A program made the translations under genes and the position numbers. Positions 30,205 through 43,260 of a stretch of 64,000 nucleotides of DNA are shown here, piece after piece. Origin of the DNA: Octopus vulgaris (lineage: Eukaryota); the NCBI GenBank assembly GCA_951406725.2, contig OX597830.1:76260001-76324000 (forward strand). The letters are read 5' to 3'. Each line of letters opens with the position of its first letter. Position 1 is the first letter of the stretch. The notes beneath the pieces were generated by a model. The model made no database searches and was not told the DNA's origin. It saw only the letters and a list, made by a program, of their open reading frames with translations.

Positions 30205-30560
30205 GAAATTGAAATATTAAGCGAATAAGAGGTTGTGTTATGAAACTTCATTACCTTACAGCTGTTTCTGGTATAAAGTACAATGCATTGATAGTTAAAC
30301 GCTTGTGTATCATTCTATAGCTTTGTCAGAACTTCAAAAATGGAGTGGAATTTCATTCAAGAAAGTTTTTACATCTATATCACAGGAATATAAACGCATT
30401 CTCAAGTAAAATTGCATTTCAGTTTTGAAGATTCGACAAAGCTATATGTTGATGCACAAGCACTCGGCTATGAATACATTGCATCTTGTATAGCAGAAAC
30501 AACTGTAAGCTAATGGAAGTCCATGGCATAAAATCTCATTTCCTTGTCATTTTAATTACC
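30205..30560. mobile_element. Old fold-back element with a hammerhead 3' half in each arm
   Basis: Arms 30238-30345 and 30420-30532 are diverged reverse complements (cttacagctgtttctg / cagaaacaactgtaag; tatagctttgtc / gacaaagctata; gcttgtgtatca / tgatgcacaagc). Confidence 0.75.
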
Positions 30561-30654
30561 TATTACCGTTTGTCCTCAAGTGGCGCTTCGTTCTAAAGCA
30601 TTATGTATGTTGGGTTCTAACATCAGGTCATTATTATCGCTATCACTAAGTGAA

Positions 30655-30695
<41 letters not shown>

Positions 30696-30732
30696 AATAA
30701 TAATAATGAAAATAATAATAAAAATAATAATG

Positions 30733-30796
<64 letters not shown>

Positions 30797-30819
30797 TGAT
30801 GATGATGATAATACTAATG

Positions 30820-31010
30820 CTTTCTACTATATGTACAAGGCCTGGATTTTTGTGGGGAGGGGGACAATCGATCACATGGACCCCAGTACTTGAAAGGATG
30901 AAAGGCAAAATCGACCTTGACGGAATTTGAACTCAGAACGTAGTGGCGGCTGAAATACGACTAAGCACTTCGCACGGTGTGCTAACGATTCTGCCAGCTC
31001 GGTTGCTTAA
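30820..31010 (-). mobile_element. SINE-B flanked by (AAT)n/(AAC)n
   Basis: tttctactatatgtacaaggcctg...gaaaggatgaaaggcaaaatcgacc...ggaatttgaactcagaacg...ctgccagctcg. Confidence 0.9.
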
Positions 31011-31184
31011 CAGTTATAACAACAACAACAACAACAACAACAATAACAACAACAACAATAATAATAATAATAATCAGGTTCTTAGTATTACTACGCCTAA
31101 GTGAAATAATAAAATATGTATGTATATGCATATTTTTGTATGTATCTATCGAAAGAAGAGTGTGTATGCGAATGCGTGTGCGTG

Positions 31185-31720
31185 CATGTGTGGTTCAGGT
31201 GTTGCACTCACGATTGTGAGATTGTGGTTTCAATTCCTCGAACGGGTGGTCAGTTGTAATCCTGAAGAGAACACTTCACCGGACGTTGTTCTGCACCAGT
31301 GCAGTCAGTGTTGTTTTGATGATGGGAGCGAGCTAATGTAAGTCACATACATTTTATCATTATACACAAAATATTTGCGATGGTTATTCAGCTAGAAAAA
31401 TGCATAGTCGTATTTCTCGGGCTACGAGAGACGGCCATGAGCATTTATGAATATGTCTCTAAAGATGTATGTGCGTGTGTGTGCGTTTAAGGTATGTGGT
31501 TTTGTGGTAAGCGTGTTGCACTCACTATCTTGGGTCGATTCCCAGTCCGGGTGTGCGTTGTGATCTTGAAAAAAACCATTTCCTTTTTAGACGTTGCTCC
31601 AGTACAGTCCAGTCATGCGACGGTTTGGCGTTCTATTCAGGGGGAATGTTGGCCTCTCAGCTTAGCCATAAGGGTCCCTTCATTCGGAAGACACAAAAGC
31701 GCAGGGAATAGCACGGTGAC
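31185..31720 (+). mobile_element. Two highly diverged SINE-A-like heads (about 31185-31310 and 31490-31615)
   Basis: gtgttgcactcacgattgtgagattgtggtttcaattcc and gcgtgttgcactcac...ggtcgattcccag...tgtgatcttgaaaaaaaccat...acgttgctccagtac resemble the 34482-34812 head. Confidence 0.55.
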
Positions 31721-32286
31721 CAGCTGTATATAAGAATATCCGATAGTCTTGTCAATATATCCATATATTGATATATATATATATAAATATATATATATTA
31801 TATGCGTGTGTGTGTGTGTGGCAATCTATGGATCATACTTAATGTAGATTCTTCACAAACAAATATATAAATGAATCAACAAAAAGCATATTCACAGCAG
31901 CATTCATTCTTGAAACACAGCACGTGCAGAAGAGATATCACTGTAAATTTCCTCCTTAGCTAGGTGTCCACATGGAACATGATACATAGATGGCAATTTT
32001 AATCGAATAGTCCTTCTATTATGTTTTCACAAACACACGCACACACACACATACGAATGCGTGTGTGCGCGCAAAAATACATTGAACAAAGACAAATTAG
32101 TATATATTAATTACAATGTATGATAATATCTTGATAGAAATTATCTCCGCTATCAGAGAAGGTCGAACAATCGGTTGATAGGAACTGACACCAACTGCAA
32201 ATTAGATGAGATAATCATAAAAATCAAGAATTCGCTGCATTTGACAAAGCTTTAAGACTGCCTGTTTATCTGGAGATATGAGGACA

Positions 32287-32331
32287 GCTGTGGACGAATA
32301 TTTCCGCCTCCGTACACGTCATCGGCACAGC
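32287..32331 (-). ncRNA. Minimal type-I hammerhead ribozyme motif (U4C variant)
   Basis: Minus strand: gctgtg-CCGATGA-cgt-gtacggag-gcg-GAAA-tattc-GTC-cacagc; perfect 6-bp stem I abuts both core strands; AATATT palindrome in stem III. Confidence 0.7.
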
Positions 32332-33153
32332 AGGTGTCTCCAGCAGTGGGTACCCTTATACGTACATATATATATATATGTGTGTGTGTGTGTACGTATT
32401 TTTAAAAATCTTTTATTGGTTTCAGTCATTCGACGGCGGCCATCCTAGTACATTTACATGAATGAGAGAAAATGTACTGAGGGAAAAATAAATCAATGCA
32501 GAGTTGCCTGTGGCTTCTGTAAGACCAGCAATGATAATTAAGGACACACAAACACACACTCACACACACACACTCACACACACACACACACTATACACAC
32601 ATTGTGTGTGTAAACGTGTACATATTTTTTACTGTTCTACTTAGATACACTGTTTGTAAAGTGCGTGTTGGCCGGTTGTTTTCTTATTCTGAAAACCGAG
32701 CTCTTCCAGACCTATTATCAATGTAAACGTGAATTTCCGCCGGAGTCGACTTTGCCTTTCATCTTTTTGCGGTCGATAAATTAAGTACTAGTTGCGTACT
32801 GGGGGCGATTTAATCTACTGGTTCCTTTCCTTGGTGCTTAGAGTAGAAAAGTATATAAACCTGAATTTCAAAACAGTTGACCGTAGCTATCCGCTCACTA
32901 TTTGATATAAGCATGTATGGTTGCATAGATATATGTATATGCACGCTCAGCTCCTACATGCATATATGGAGGTGGTGAGATAATGTACAGCTCAAACATT
33001 TCATCATTATGAACAAATCATTTGGGCAGGTTGTTCGGCATGAAATTGCAGAAACCTCATATACATAACAAATTATAAAAACATACTACTAGGAACATAC
33101 GCAACACTTAAATATTTACATACATACATACACACATATATATATGTACATCC

Positions 33154-33184
<31 letters not shown>

Positions 33185-33585
33185 TTGCCAATTGAATATG
33201 GCGGCCCTACAGAGGACGATGTTACTGTTGTTTTTAGTCCCAGGAAGACCTCTACTCCAGCTGGCAAATGACACACAGTCTGTGTCCGATTAGTATCTGC
33301 GATGGAGGTCATCGCTCCCATCTCTAGCTTTGCGTGATACACACAGACACGGGTTTCTGAATAGTTACCCGTCTTAAGTGTGTGTTAATCACCAGATAGT
33401 GACGAAGAACTCATTCCACTCGCAAAATACTATATCTTTTTTCTAGCGACACACTGTTGCTGGTCTCGTAAAGCGAGAGAGATAAGTTATATTAAATCTC
33501 TGAGCGAGAGATAAACAGTAACAGTACGAAATAACAACATATATTTGCCAACTAATATATAAATACATATGTATTATTTCTTTCG

Positions 33586-33973
33586 CTCCTTTATTCTTTT
33601 ACTTGTATCAGTCATTTGACTGCGCCCATGCTGGAGCACCGCCTTTAGTCGAGAAAATCGACCCCAGGACTTATTCTTTGTAAGCCTAGTACTTATTCTA
33701 TCGGTCTCTTTTGCCGAACCGCTAAGTTACAAGGACGTAAACACACCAGCATCGGTTGACGAGCCATGGTAGGGGACAAACACACACACACACGCATATA
33801 TATTCATATATATACGACGGGCTTCTTTCAGTTTCCGTCTACCAAATCCACTCACAAGACTTTGGTCTGCCCAAGGCTATAGTAGAAGACACTTGCCCAA
33901 GGTGCCACACAGTGGGACTGAACTCGGAAATATGTGGTCGGAAAGCAAGTCCTTTTACAACAATGGCCACTCA
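33586..33973 (-). mobile_element. SINE-C, full length
   Basis: tRNA-like head with B box (gagttcagtccc), CORE-like accttgggcaagtgtcttct, short internal (TA)/(TG), conserved tail. Confidence 0.95.
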
Positions 33974-33984
33974 TATATGAACTG

Positions 33985-34195
33985 GTTTCAAAGCGTTCTA
34001 TAAGGCTAGTAATTTCATGGAAGGCGTGAAAGTCGATTACATAGACTCCAGTGCTTGACTTGAACTAATCGCATCGACCCCGAAAGAATGAACAACGAAG
34101 TCGACGTCAGTGCAATTTGAACTCAGCACCTAAAGCGGACGAAACACCGGCACGCCTTCTTACCGGGCGTGGTAATCATTCTGCCAGCTTACCAC
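33985..34195 (-). mobile_element. SINE-B, diverged
   Basis: atcgaccccgaaagaatgaacaacgaagtcgac...aatttgaactcag...ttctgccagcttacc. Confidence 0.8.
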
Positions 34196-34295
34196 ATTAC
34201 ATACATACATACATACATACATACCTATCTATCTATCTATCTATCTATCTATATATCTATCTATCTACCTATCTATCTATCTATCTATCTATCTA

Positions 34296-34350
<55 letters not shown>

Positions 34351-34481
34351 ACACCTCACCACACACACATACATATACGTATCTGCATTGTCTTTTATCG
34401 CTTAATATAATTTCCTCCAATCTGTGCCTGCGCGCGTGTGTAGATGCTGGCTGGCTGTATGTATGTGGGATGTGTGTGTTT

Positions 34482-34812
34482 CTTAAAAAAGACTCCGCCG
34501 GTTACGACGACGAGGGTCCCAGCTGATACGATCAACGGAACAGCTTGCTCGTGAAATTAACGTGCAAATGGCTGAGCATTCCACAGACACGTGTACCCTT
34601 AACGTAGTTCTCGGGGATAATCAGCGTGACACAGAGAGTGACAAGGCTGACCCTTTCAAATACAAGTACAACTCATTTTTGCCAGCTGAGTGGACTGGAG
34701 CAACGTGAAATAAAGTGTCTTGCTCAAGGACACAACGCGTCGCCGGGAATCGAACTCACAACCTTACGATCATGAGCCGAATGCCCTAACCACTAAGCCA
34801 CGCGCCCTCACA
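34482..34812 (-). mobile_element. SINE-A type 2, full length, with CORE-like centre and TSD
   Basis: A box tggcttagtgg, B box gagttcgattcc, gtgtccttgagcaagacactt; 15-bp TSD gggatgtgtgtgttt at 34467-34481 and 34813-34827. Resembles the octopus OR-type SINEs as I recall them. Confidence 0.9.
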
Positions 34813-35301
34813 GGGATGTGTGTGTTTATGAATCTGTGAATAGTGTCTGTGTATGTATGCGTGTTTGACCGAATATGTAAAACATTATATAATAAATATA
34901 GCATTAATAATGTTTTCTTTATTTACTTTAAGAAAATAATACTAATCATGGTGTTGTTAATGTTATCTATTGATCATTTGTATTGATTTCTACAATAGGT
35001 ACAATGTTGCACAATTGCTGGATGGGTATGATCGATTATATCGATTAGATTGACACCACTACTTATGTTCTTTTATTGATTTCAGTCTAAGCGTTCCAAA
35101 CGTGATATTAATATGTGTGTGTGTGTGTGTGTGTAGATTCGTAAAGACATATGCCGGATTGACATACATACATACGGCCATGCGCACGATTCTACACATC
35201 TATCTATAAATATATACACAACTATCTAATTATCCATTAATGCATGCAACTCTCTTTCTCTCTCTCCCTCCCTCTATTTCTCTCTCCATCTGGACTGTAT
35301 A

Positions 35302-35334
<33 letters not shown>

Positions 35335-35347
35335 GTATATCAATATG

Positions 35348-35393
<46 letters not shown>

Positions 35394-35572
35394 GCGGCGT
35401 CCGTACCCTCTTTGGCCTTATGTAAGTATATATATATATATATGTGCGTATATATATATATATATATATATATGCATACATAATTTCTTTAGGCGTTGGT
35501 CCAGCATGGATGTAGTGTATTGACTGATATATATATATACACACACACATATATACATATATATGTATATAA

Positions 35573-35695
<123 letters not shown>

Positions 35696-35761
35696 TATAT
35701 ATATACATACATATATGCAAAAGCATGCACACACAAATACACACATATATGCTTATACGGA

Positions 35762-36135
35762 AGATAAAGAATTAAGCCTCCATTCCCTGATGTGCAGTAA
35801 TCTGAATACAAGAGGGACATGCAGTGATATATATATATATATATATATATATAATGAAGACCATACAGAGGCTGGCAAGAAACTTCGGCATCGCTCATTA
35901 TATTAGCTCCCGAACTGGATGGCATTGCACAGTTCCCAATGTTCGGCAAACCGATTTAGGATATGTGACAGTTACTGCAATACGTTGGGATTTACGCTCA
36001 CAGCTATTTAAGATCTTACCGAAAAACCTGAGATATAAATGGAGTTGGGGTTGGTTGTTTGCAAGAAGCACCTTGTCCGCAGTCCGAGACTCAAATGAAC
36101 CTAATGCTTCAAAGCAAGGAACTCGAGTTACAACA
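35762..36135 (+). pseudogene. Decayed CR1-group-like LINE ORF2 C-terminus
   Basis: KELSLHSL...GHAVIYI..K.I..L..NFGI..Y...RTG.HC.VP...QLFKILPKNLR...LSAV.D..EP follows the LxLYSLERRRERY / LFNxLPxxIR / LxxVPDEP pattern. Confidence 0.65.
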
Positions 36136-36381
36136 TATATATATATCACTGGTATTATGCACAAGTGTTGTAAGTCCAAAACTTTGCTTTTTCAGATAAC
36201 AGTTTCATCATTCATGCACGACTGTACTACACTTTTGACAATTTTTGACATCTTGGGTTCCGAAGTAACTGGAGATTCGATAGTATAACCAAAAGGGCTG
36301 ACTGTTGCAATAAAAATAAATATTGAAAAAATCGCGTTTGGCCAAAGTTGGACATACTACACTTTAACATAATAGCAACGA

Positions 36382-36474
<93 letters not shown>

Positions 36475-36649
36475 TATTGCTGCAGGTCCCATAACAAGAA
36501 CAAAAATTCGCAACAATTTTAAAAAGGGGTTAACAACAACAACAGTACTACATAGAAGTCTGAGATATCTATCAGCATAAATACAAAAAGATGAGTATAT
36601 ATAGAGGGTTAAAAAGTGATTTTGTACATACATCTACACACAAACATGA

Positions 36650-36935
36650 ACCAATGCCTTGTGAGTGGATTTGGTAGACGGAAACTGAAAGAAGCCTGTC
36701 GTATATATGCATATATATATGTGTGTGTGTTTGGGAAACTGTGTTTGTACCTAAGCGTTGCTTGACAACCGATGCTGGTGTATTTACGTCTCCGTCACCT
36801 AGCGGTTTTGGCAAAAGAGACCGATAGAATAAGTACTGGGCTTACAAAGAATTTTCTCGACTAAAGGCGGTGCTCCAGCATGGCCGCAATCAAATGACTG
36901 AAACAAGTAAAAGAGAGTAAAAGAGTAAAAGAGTA
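36650..36935 (+). mobile_element. SINE-C, 5' truncated
   Basis: gccttgtgagtggatttggtagacggaaactgaaagaagcc...cagcatggccgcaatcaaatgactgaaacaagtaaaagag. Confidence 0.95.
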
Positions 36936-37409
36936 TACGGATATATATGTATACGTTTATGGAAATGTGTTTACGGCTGTGCGTATGGACTGGGTCTATA
37001 AATAACATATATATATATATATGCACTATATCCAGATATATATATCCGATACCAGATACACATCTATGTAGCGACATGTTGCTACGTTATCAGATAGTTA
37101 TTATATATTATAGTAAACGCTTGGACGTGTTAAAACTATTTATATAGAGTTGTATAAATGAGAGCACTTTGTTTTCAATGAATGTCGTACGATAATATAG
37201 CGTATCATGGGGATGGAGTATGTATGTATGTATGTATGTATGTATGTATGTATGTATGTATGTTTGTACGTATGTATGTATGCATGTATGTATGTATGTA
37301 TGTATGCATGTATGTATGTATGTATGTTTGTATGTATGTATGCATGTATGTGTATGTGTGTTTGTGTATGTATTTATGTTTGTGTGTGTGCGTTTTGTAT
37401 GTATGTATG

Positions 37410-37442
<33 letters not shown>

Positions 37443-37444
<2 letters not shown>

Positions 37445-37822
37445 CTAACCAACCACAAGGTTCCGGGTTCAGTCCCACTGCGTGGCATCTTGGCCAAGTG
37501 TCTTCTGCTATAGCCTCGGGCCGACCAAAGCCTTCTGAGTGGATTTGGTAGACGGAAACTGAAAGAAGCCTGTCGTATATATGTATATATATGTATATAT
37601 GCGTGTGTATGTTTGTGTATCTGTGTTTGTCCCCCTAGCATTGCTGGACAACCGATGCTAGTGTGTTTACGTCCCCGTTACTTAGCGGCTCGGCAAAAGA
37701 GACCGATAGAATTAGTACTGGGCTTACAAAGTATAAGTCCCGGGGTCGATTTGCTCGACTAAAGGCGGTGCTCCAGCATGGCCGCAGTCAAAGGACTGAA
37801 ACAAGTAAAAGTGTAAAAGAGT
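37443..37822 (+). mobile_element. SINE-C, near full length
   Basis: ggttccgggttcagtcccactgcgtggca through gactgaaacaagtaaaagtgtaaaagag. Confidence 0.95.
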
Positions 37823-37918
37823 ATGTAAAACTATCTATCTATATATGTGGTGTGTGTGTGTGTGTGTGTGTGCGTATATATATGTGTGTATGTAGGTATG
37901 TATGTATATACATACATC

Positions 37919-38289
37919 GGAGGCGTGGCGGTGTGGTAAGAAGCTTGCTTCCCAACAGCATGGTTCTGATCTCAGTCCCACTGCGTGGCACATTTGGCTA
38001 GTGTCTTCTACTATAGCCTCGGGCCGATCAAAACTTTGTGAGTGGATTTGGTAGACGGACTTGAGAGAAACCCGACGTACATGTATATATGTATATGTTT
38101 ATGTGTCTGTGTTTGACCCCTCACCATCGCTTGATAACCGATGTTGGTGTGTTTACATCCCTGTAGCCTAGAAGTTCGGCAAAAGAGACTGATAGAATAA
38201 GTACTTGGCTTACAAAGAATTAGTTCTGGGCGCTATCTCTTCAACTAAGAACCCTCTAATGACTGAATCAAGTAAAAGAATAAAAGAAT
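37919..38289 (+). mobile_element. SINE-C, full length
   Basis: ggaggcgtggcggtgtggtaagaagcttgcttcccaac head through taaaagaataaaagaa tail. Confidence 0.95.
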
Positions 38290-38514
38290 GATATATATAT
38301 ATATAAAATGTGTGTACATGTGTATATGTATGTATACATATACTTAAATATATACATATATATTTATGCATATGCACACACATATATACATATATACATA
38401 TGTATGTGTCTATGTATAAATAGGAAATAACACTATAGCATGTATGTTAAGGCTTCTTCGGCTATGCATATATGTGTGCATATGCGTGTGCGGATGTATA
38501 CATATGTACATATA

Positions 38515-38554
38515 CAGATATATAGATATACCTACATGCACACAGATTATGTGT

Positions 38555-38609
<55 letters not shown>

Positions 38610-38744
38610 TGATGCAAAAATTATGCGTACACACACAAACACACGCATCATCATACGTGCACTAAATGACTATGAGAGGCACGCTAGAATGGAAATGTAT
38701 AGATATATAGATATACCTTCATGCACACAGATTATGTGTGTGTG

Positions 38745-38783
<39 letters not shown>

Positions 38784-38873
38784 CTGATGCAAAAATTATG
38801 CGTACACACACAAACACGCGCATAATCATACATGCACTAAACGACTATGAGAGGCACGCTAGAGTGGCAATGT
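38515..38873 (+). repeat. Tandem duplication, ~180-bp unit
   Basis: atagatatacct.catgcacacagattatg(tg)n.ctgatgcaaaaattatgcgtac...gactatgagaggcacgctaga occurs twice. Confidence 0.9.
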
Positions 38874-39028
38874 GGGAGAGGGTTACTTATTAAACATACC
38901 CCGTTCGTATAGACTGAAAATTAAGCATCCTTCAGTAGCGGTGCTTTACAAGTTGTACTACATTTCCCACGGAAGTTATTACAACTGTGACTACCGCTTT
39001 TTTTAATTTACTCACTAACCTGGCTAGA

Positions 39029-39417
39029 GTGGAGGCGTGTAATGGCCCAGTGGTTAGGGCAGCGGACTCGCGGTCGTAGGATCGCAGTTTCGATTCCCAG
39101 ACCGGGCGTTGTGAGTGTTTATTGAGCGAAAACACCTAAAGCTCCACGAGGCTCCGGCAGGGGATGGTGGTGATCCCTGCTGTACTCTTTCACCACAACT
39201 TTCTCTCACTCTTACTTCCTGTTTCTGTTGTACCTGTATTTCAAAGGGCCGGCCTTGTCACTCTCTGTGTCACGCTGAATATCCCCGAGAATTACGTTAA
39301 GGGTACACGTGTCTGTGGAGTGCTCAGCCACTTACACGTTAATTTCACGAGCAGGCTGTTCCGTTGATCGGATCAACCGGAACCCTCGTCGTCGTAACCG
39401 ACGGAGTGCTTCCACAC
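39029..39417 (+). mobile_element. SINE-A type 1, full length, with TSD
   Basis: tRNA-like head tggcccagtggttagggc...gtttcgattccc; 12-bp TSD aacctggctaga at 39017-39028 and 39418-39429; 3' ~180 bp shared with 34482-34812. Confidence 0.9.
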
Positions 39418-39709
39418 AACCTGGCTAGAATCAAATAATAGGCAATATAATCGAATGCTATATTGTCTTCAAGAAATCCCTGTTGATTGATCAGGCATAC
39501 TATAAATATGCTCGGCGTACATAAAAAAAACAAAAAACATCACTGGAATATTGATTTGTATACATACATGGCTCAGGGGTTAAGAAGTTCGCGTTGCAAC
39601 CACGTGGTTTAGGATACAATCTGAGAGCGCGGCATCATAGGCATACGACACCGAGACCGACCATTACCTTTTAGGTTAATTTGGTAGAAAAAGACCTACT
39701 TTGAGGCCC

Positions 39710-40478
<769 letters not shown>

Positions 40479-40979
40479 CCCTCAAACTAAGTGTCCTTGT
40501 AATATAACCATCATCTGAATACTCTGTCGCATGTAAAAGAAGTCATCGTTTTGTAGTTCTTATCATCATGATCATCAACATCATCATCATCATCATCTTC
40601 AGCAATAGATAATATCAGTATATGTATGTGAGTCTGTGAGTGTGAGTGTGCGTGCGTGCGTGCACGTGCTTGTGTCCATTTGTAGATATATCATTAATAA
40701 CAAAGGTACAAGCGCATGTATTCGAAAATCGTTTTAACAAATTTCAACATTATTCCAGCACCGTTATTCCAGTCACGTATCCGTACACCGGATACATGAC
40801 TTAAAGGTGCCTGGAACCGAATTTATGTGTTATTAAATAATATGTACATTCATAAATACATAACGCACGCACACAAATACACACATACACAAACTCACAT
40901 ACACATACATATATTCATATATATACATAATGTATGTGTCTATGTACGTACGTTTGTTTATGTGTATGTGTAAATGCAT

Positions 40980-41080
<101 letters not shown>

Positions 41081-41288
41081 TTGAAGTAGATAAATGAATT
41101 ATCTTATTACGGATAATTCAAATGATAACCGATACCTGTGTAGCAAAAATCACAACAGAAACAGCACGGTTGAGGTTACGACAATGGGGCCTAAAATCCG
41201 TGCCTTAGTGCGGAAATTTGAAGTTTTATATATTTAGTGTAGGAAGAATTGGAGCTGAACGAAGATTTAACAAAATTCCTTTTTATTA

Positions 41289-41372
41289 TTTTCTACATAT
41301 GTTTCAAAGGCGGCAAAGTCCCTAATTCGGATTGAATAAGGAGTCCATTTTGCAGCCTTCTCTTCAGGAAAA
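41289..41372 (-). ncRNA. Minimal type-I hammerhead ribozyme, intact core
   Basis: Minus strand: ttttc-CTGAAGA-gaaggctgcaaa...tttgccgccttt-GAAAC-atat-GTA-gaaaa; stem I ttttc/gaaaa, palindromic stem III ACATATGT, GUA site. Confidence 0.8.
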
Positions 41373-41395
41373 TTCAGGAAAATCCAGTTCCTGGA

Positions 41396-41478
41396 TTTTC
41401 CTGAAAGAAGGCTGCAAAATGGACTCCTTATTCAATCCGAATTAGGGACTTTGCAGCCTTTGAAACATATGTAGAAAA
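41396..41478 (+). ncRNA. Mirror hammerhead copy with a 1-nt core deletion
   Basis: ttttc-CTGAA(-)A-gaaggctgcaaa...tttgcagccttt-GAAAC-atat-GTA-gaaaa; G8 is missing. Confidence 0.7.
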
Positions 41479-41526
41479 TAATAAAAAGGTATTTTGTTAA
41501 ATCTTCGTTCAGCTCCATTTCTTCCT

Positions 41527-41579
<53 letters not shown>

Positions 41580-41584
<5 letters not shown>

Positions 41585-41778
41585 GGAAGGTTTACGAAAA
41601 TAAACAAAAGACGAAGGCAAGTGGAGTACAAACAAACAATTGTATTAGTATGGCGCTCAGGAATAGAAATAAAACAAGTCTTTTACGTTTCGAGCCTACG
41701 CTCTCCGACAGAAAGATACACAGAAAAGAAACAAGGAGAGAAAAAATTGCGTGTAGGGGCTAACGATCCAACAGGGCG
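41580..41778. mobile_element. (TA)n-anchored repeat; second copy at 47041-47101 in the opposite orientation
   Basis: gggaaggtttacgaaaataaacaaaagacgaaggca.gtggagtacaa starts within a few bases of a (TA)n run in both copies; minus strand 41680-41715 has gagc-gtag-gctc-GAAACGTA. Confidence 0.7.
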
Positions 41779-42021
41779 TATACATTATACACACACACGT
41801 GTGTGGGTATGATTTTATATATGCTTGCATGCATCTGTAAGTGTTTGTGTATATATATATATATATATATATATAGCGAGAGAGAGAGAGAGAGGGAGAG
41901 AGAGAGAGTCGTGTCACTAAGACCCAAAGGTGTCAGGTAATGGTGAATGAGAGCTATAGATAGACCATAGTTAAGTTCCAGATTCGGTAATATTGCGAAT
42001 AAAGGGTTCAACGCAAAAAAA

Positions 42022-42080
<59 letters not shown>

Positions 42081-42234
42081 TGTGTGTATTTGTTTGTACA
42101 TAGTATTAAGTACTTTTGGGTGCAAATCTGGAAATACCGGAACGTCAAGTGCAAGTGCCGTGAGATATTCTCTCCGGCGAGTCACCATTTTAAACAATTA
42201 GATGCCACAGGACCCCTATACATTAGCAATATAA

Positions 42235-42450
42235 TTTCGACCATAGATACAATGCCTGAAATTTTAGGACAAGGGTTCAATTGATTACGTTGACCAAAGA
42301 GCTGAATTGGTACTTATTTTGTCAATCGCGAAAAAATGAAATATAATCTGACCTCGGTGGAATATGGACTGACATTGTATAGAATCCGAAGTAATTCCGT
42401 TAAGCACTTTGTCCGGCGCTGTAATGATTCCACCAGCACACCGCCCTCAC
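42235..42450 (-). mobile_element. SINE-B, strongly diverged
   Basis: tggtacttattttgtcaatcgcgaaaaaatgaaa...gacctcggtggaatatggact...ttccaccagcacaccgcc; abuts (AAT)/(TAG)n. Confidence 0.7.
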
Positions 42451-42473
42451 AATAATGATAAAAATAATAAAAA

Positions 42474-42567
<94 letters not shown>

Positions 42568-42759
42568 TCATTGTATGTTTGAAGTTGATATGCCTCACAC
42601 TTCTCTTGAAATCAAAACTCAATTCACGGTATTTTGTGACTGCCATCATTATACGGGCTGTTGCTGTAGTCCGTTATATTGCACATATATGCTGAAATGG
42701 ACACAGGCAGTGATTAACCGACTCGGTCGTACGAGTTAACGGATGCTTGGTGCTAACAT

Positions 42760-43235
42760 GCACCACAAAAAAGGTAATGGACATAGACGAAAAACAGCAG
42801 GCAAATCTCCTCTGGAACTTTGACTTTTAAATAGGAAAGGTGTTATGGAGCGAAGGCTGGATATGTTAACTTTTAGGAGGGACAAACAAGAGTGCCTAAT
42901 ACTTGACGTGGCCGTGACAGGAGATCAACATATTATCATAAAAGAAAGAGAAAAGATTGATAAAAATGGAGACCTGAGGATTGGCATCGCCAAGATGTGG
43001 CAGCCACGAGAGTCAAACATAAAGGTTGTCCCTATTGTTATCGGAGCATTGGGTTCAATACCGTCCAAACTGAAAAGAACACCTGGAAACTTTAGGAATT
43101 TCTTATGATCTAGGTGTATTGGAAAAATCAGCAGTACTTGGACAGTACAAATCCTCGGTGAACACAATATCCTCAATCAACATCACGATTTTGGATGTTG
43201 TGCAACGTCTTGGATAATGATAGTAATAGCAATAA
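42760..43235 (+). pseudogene. R4/Dong-clade restriction-like endonuclease domain and 3' end, decayed
   Basis: LWNFDF...RRLDML...DKQECLILDVAVTGD..I..KEREKIDK.GDLRI.I.KMW....KVVPIVIGALG...LEKSAVLG follows the R4 RLE motif (RPD..DxAVP...KxxKY...VVIGALG); ends in a degenerate (TAA)n tail. Confidence 0.9.
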
Positions 43236-43260
43236 TTCAAAAATAGTAATTTTGTTTATA

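Larger units (their letters stand above)
41237..41530. mobile_element. Young ~294-bp fold-back element with a hammerhead motif in each arm
   Basis: gtgtaggaagaa...cctacac arms almost perfectly complementary around the loop aaaatccag-ttc-ctggatttt; right end abuts (TA)n. Confidence 0.9.

Noticed and set aside
39029-39105. tRNA-like sequence with A and B boxes
   Set aside because: It is the head of a TSD-flanked SINE, not a tRNA gene; the same holds for the other SINE heads.
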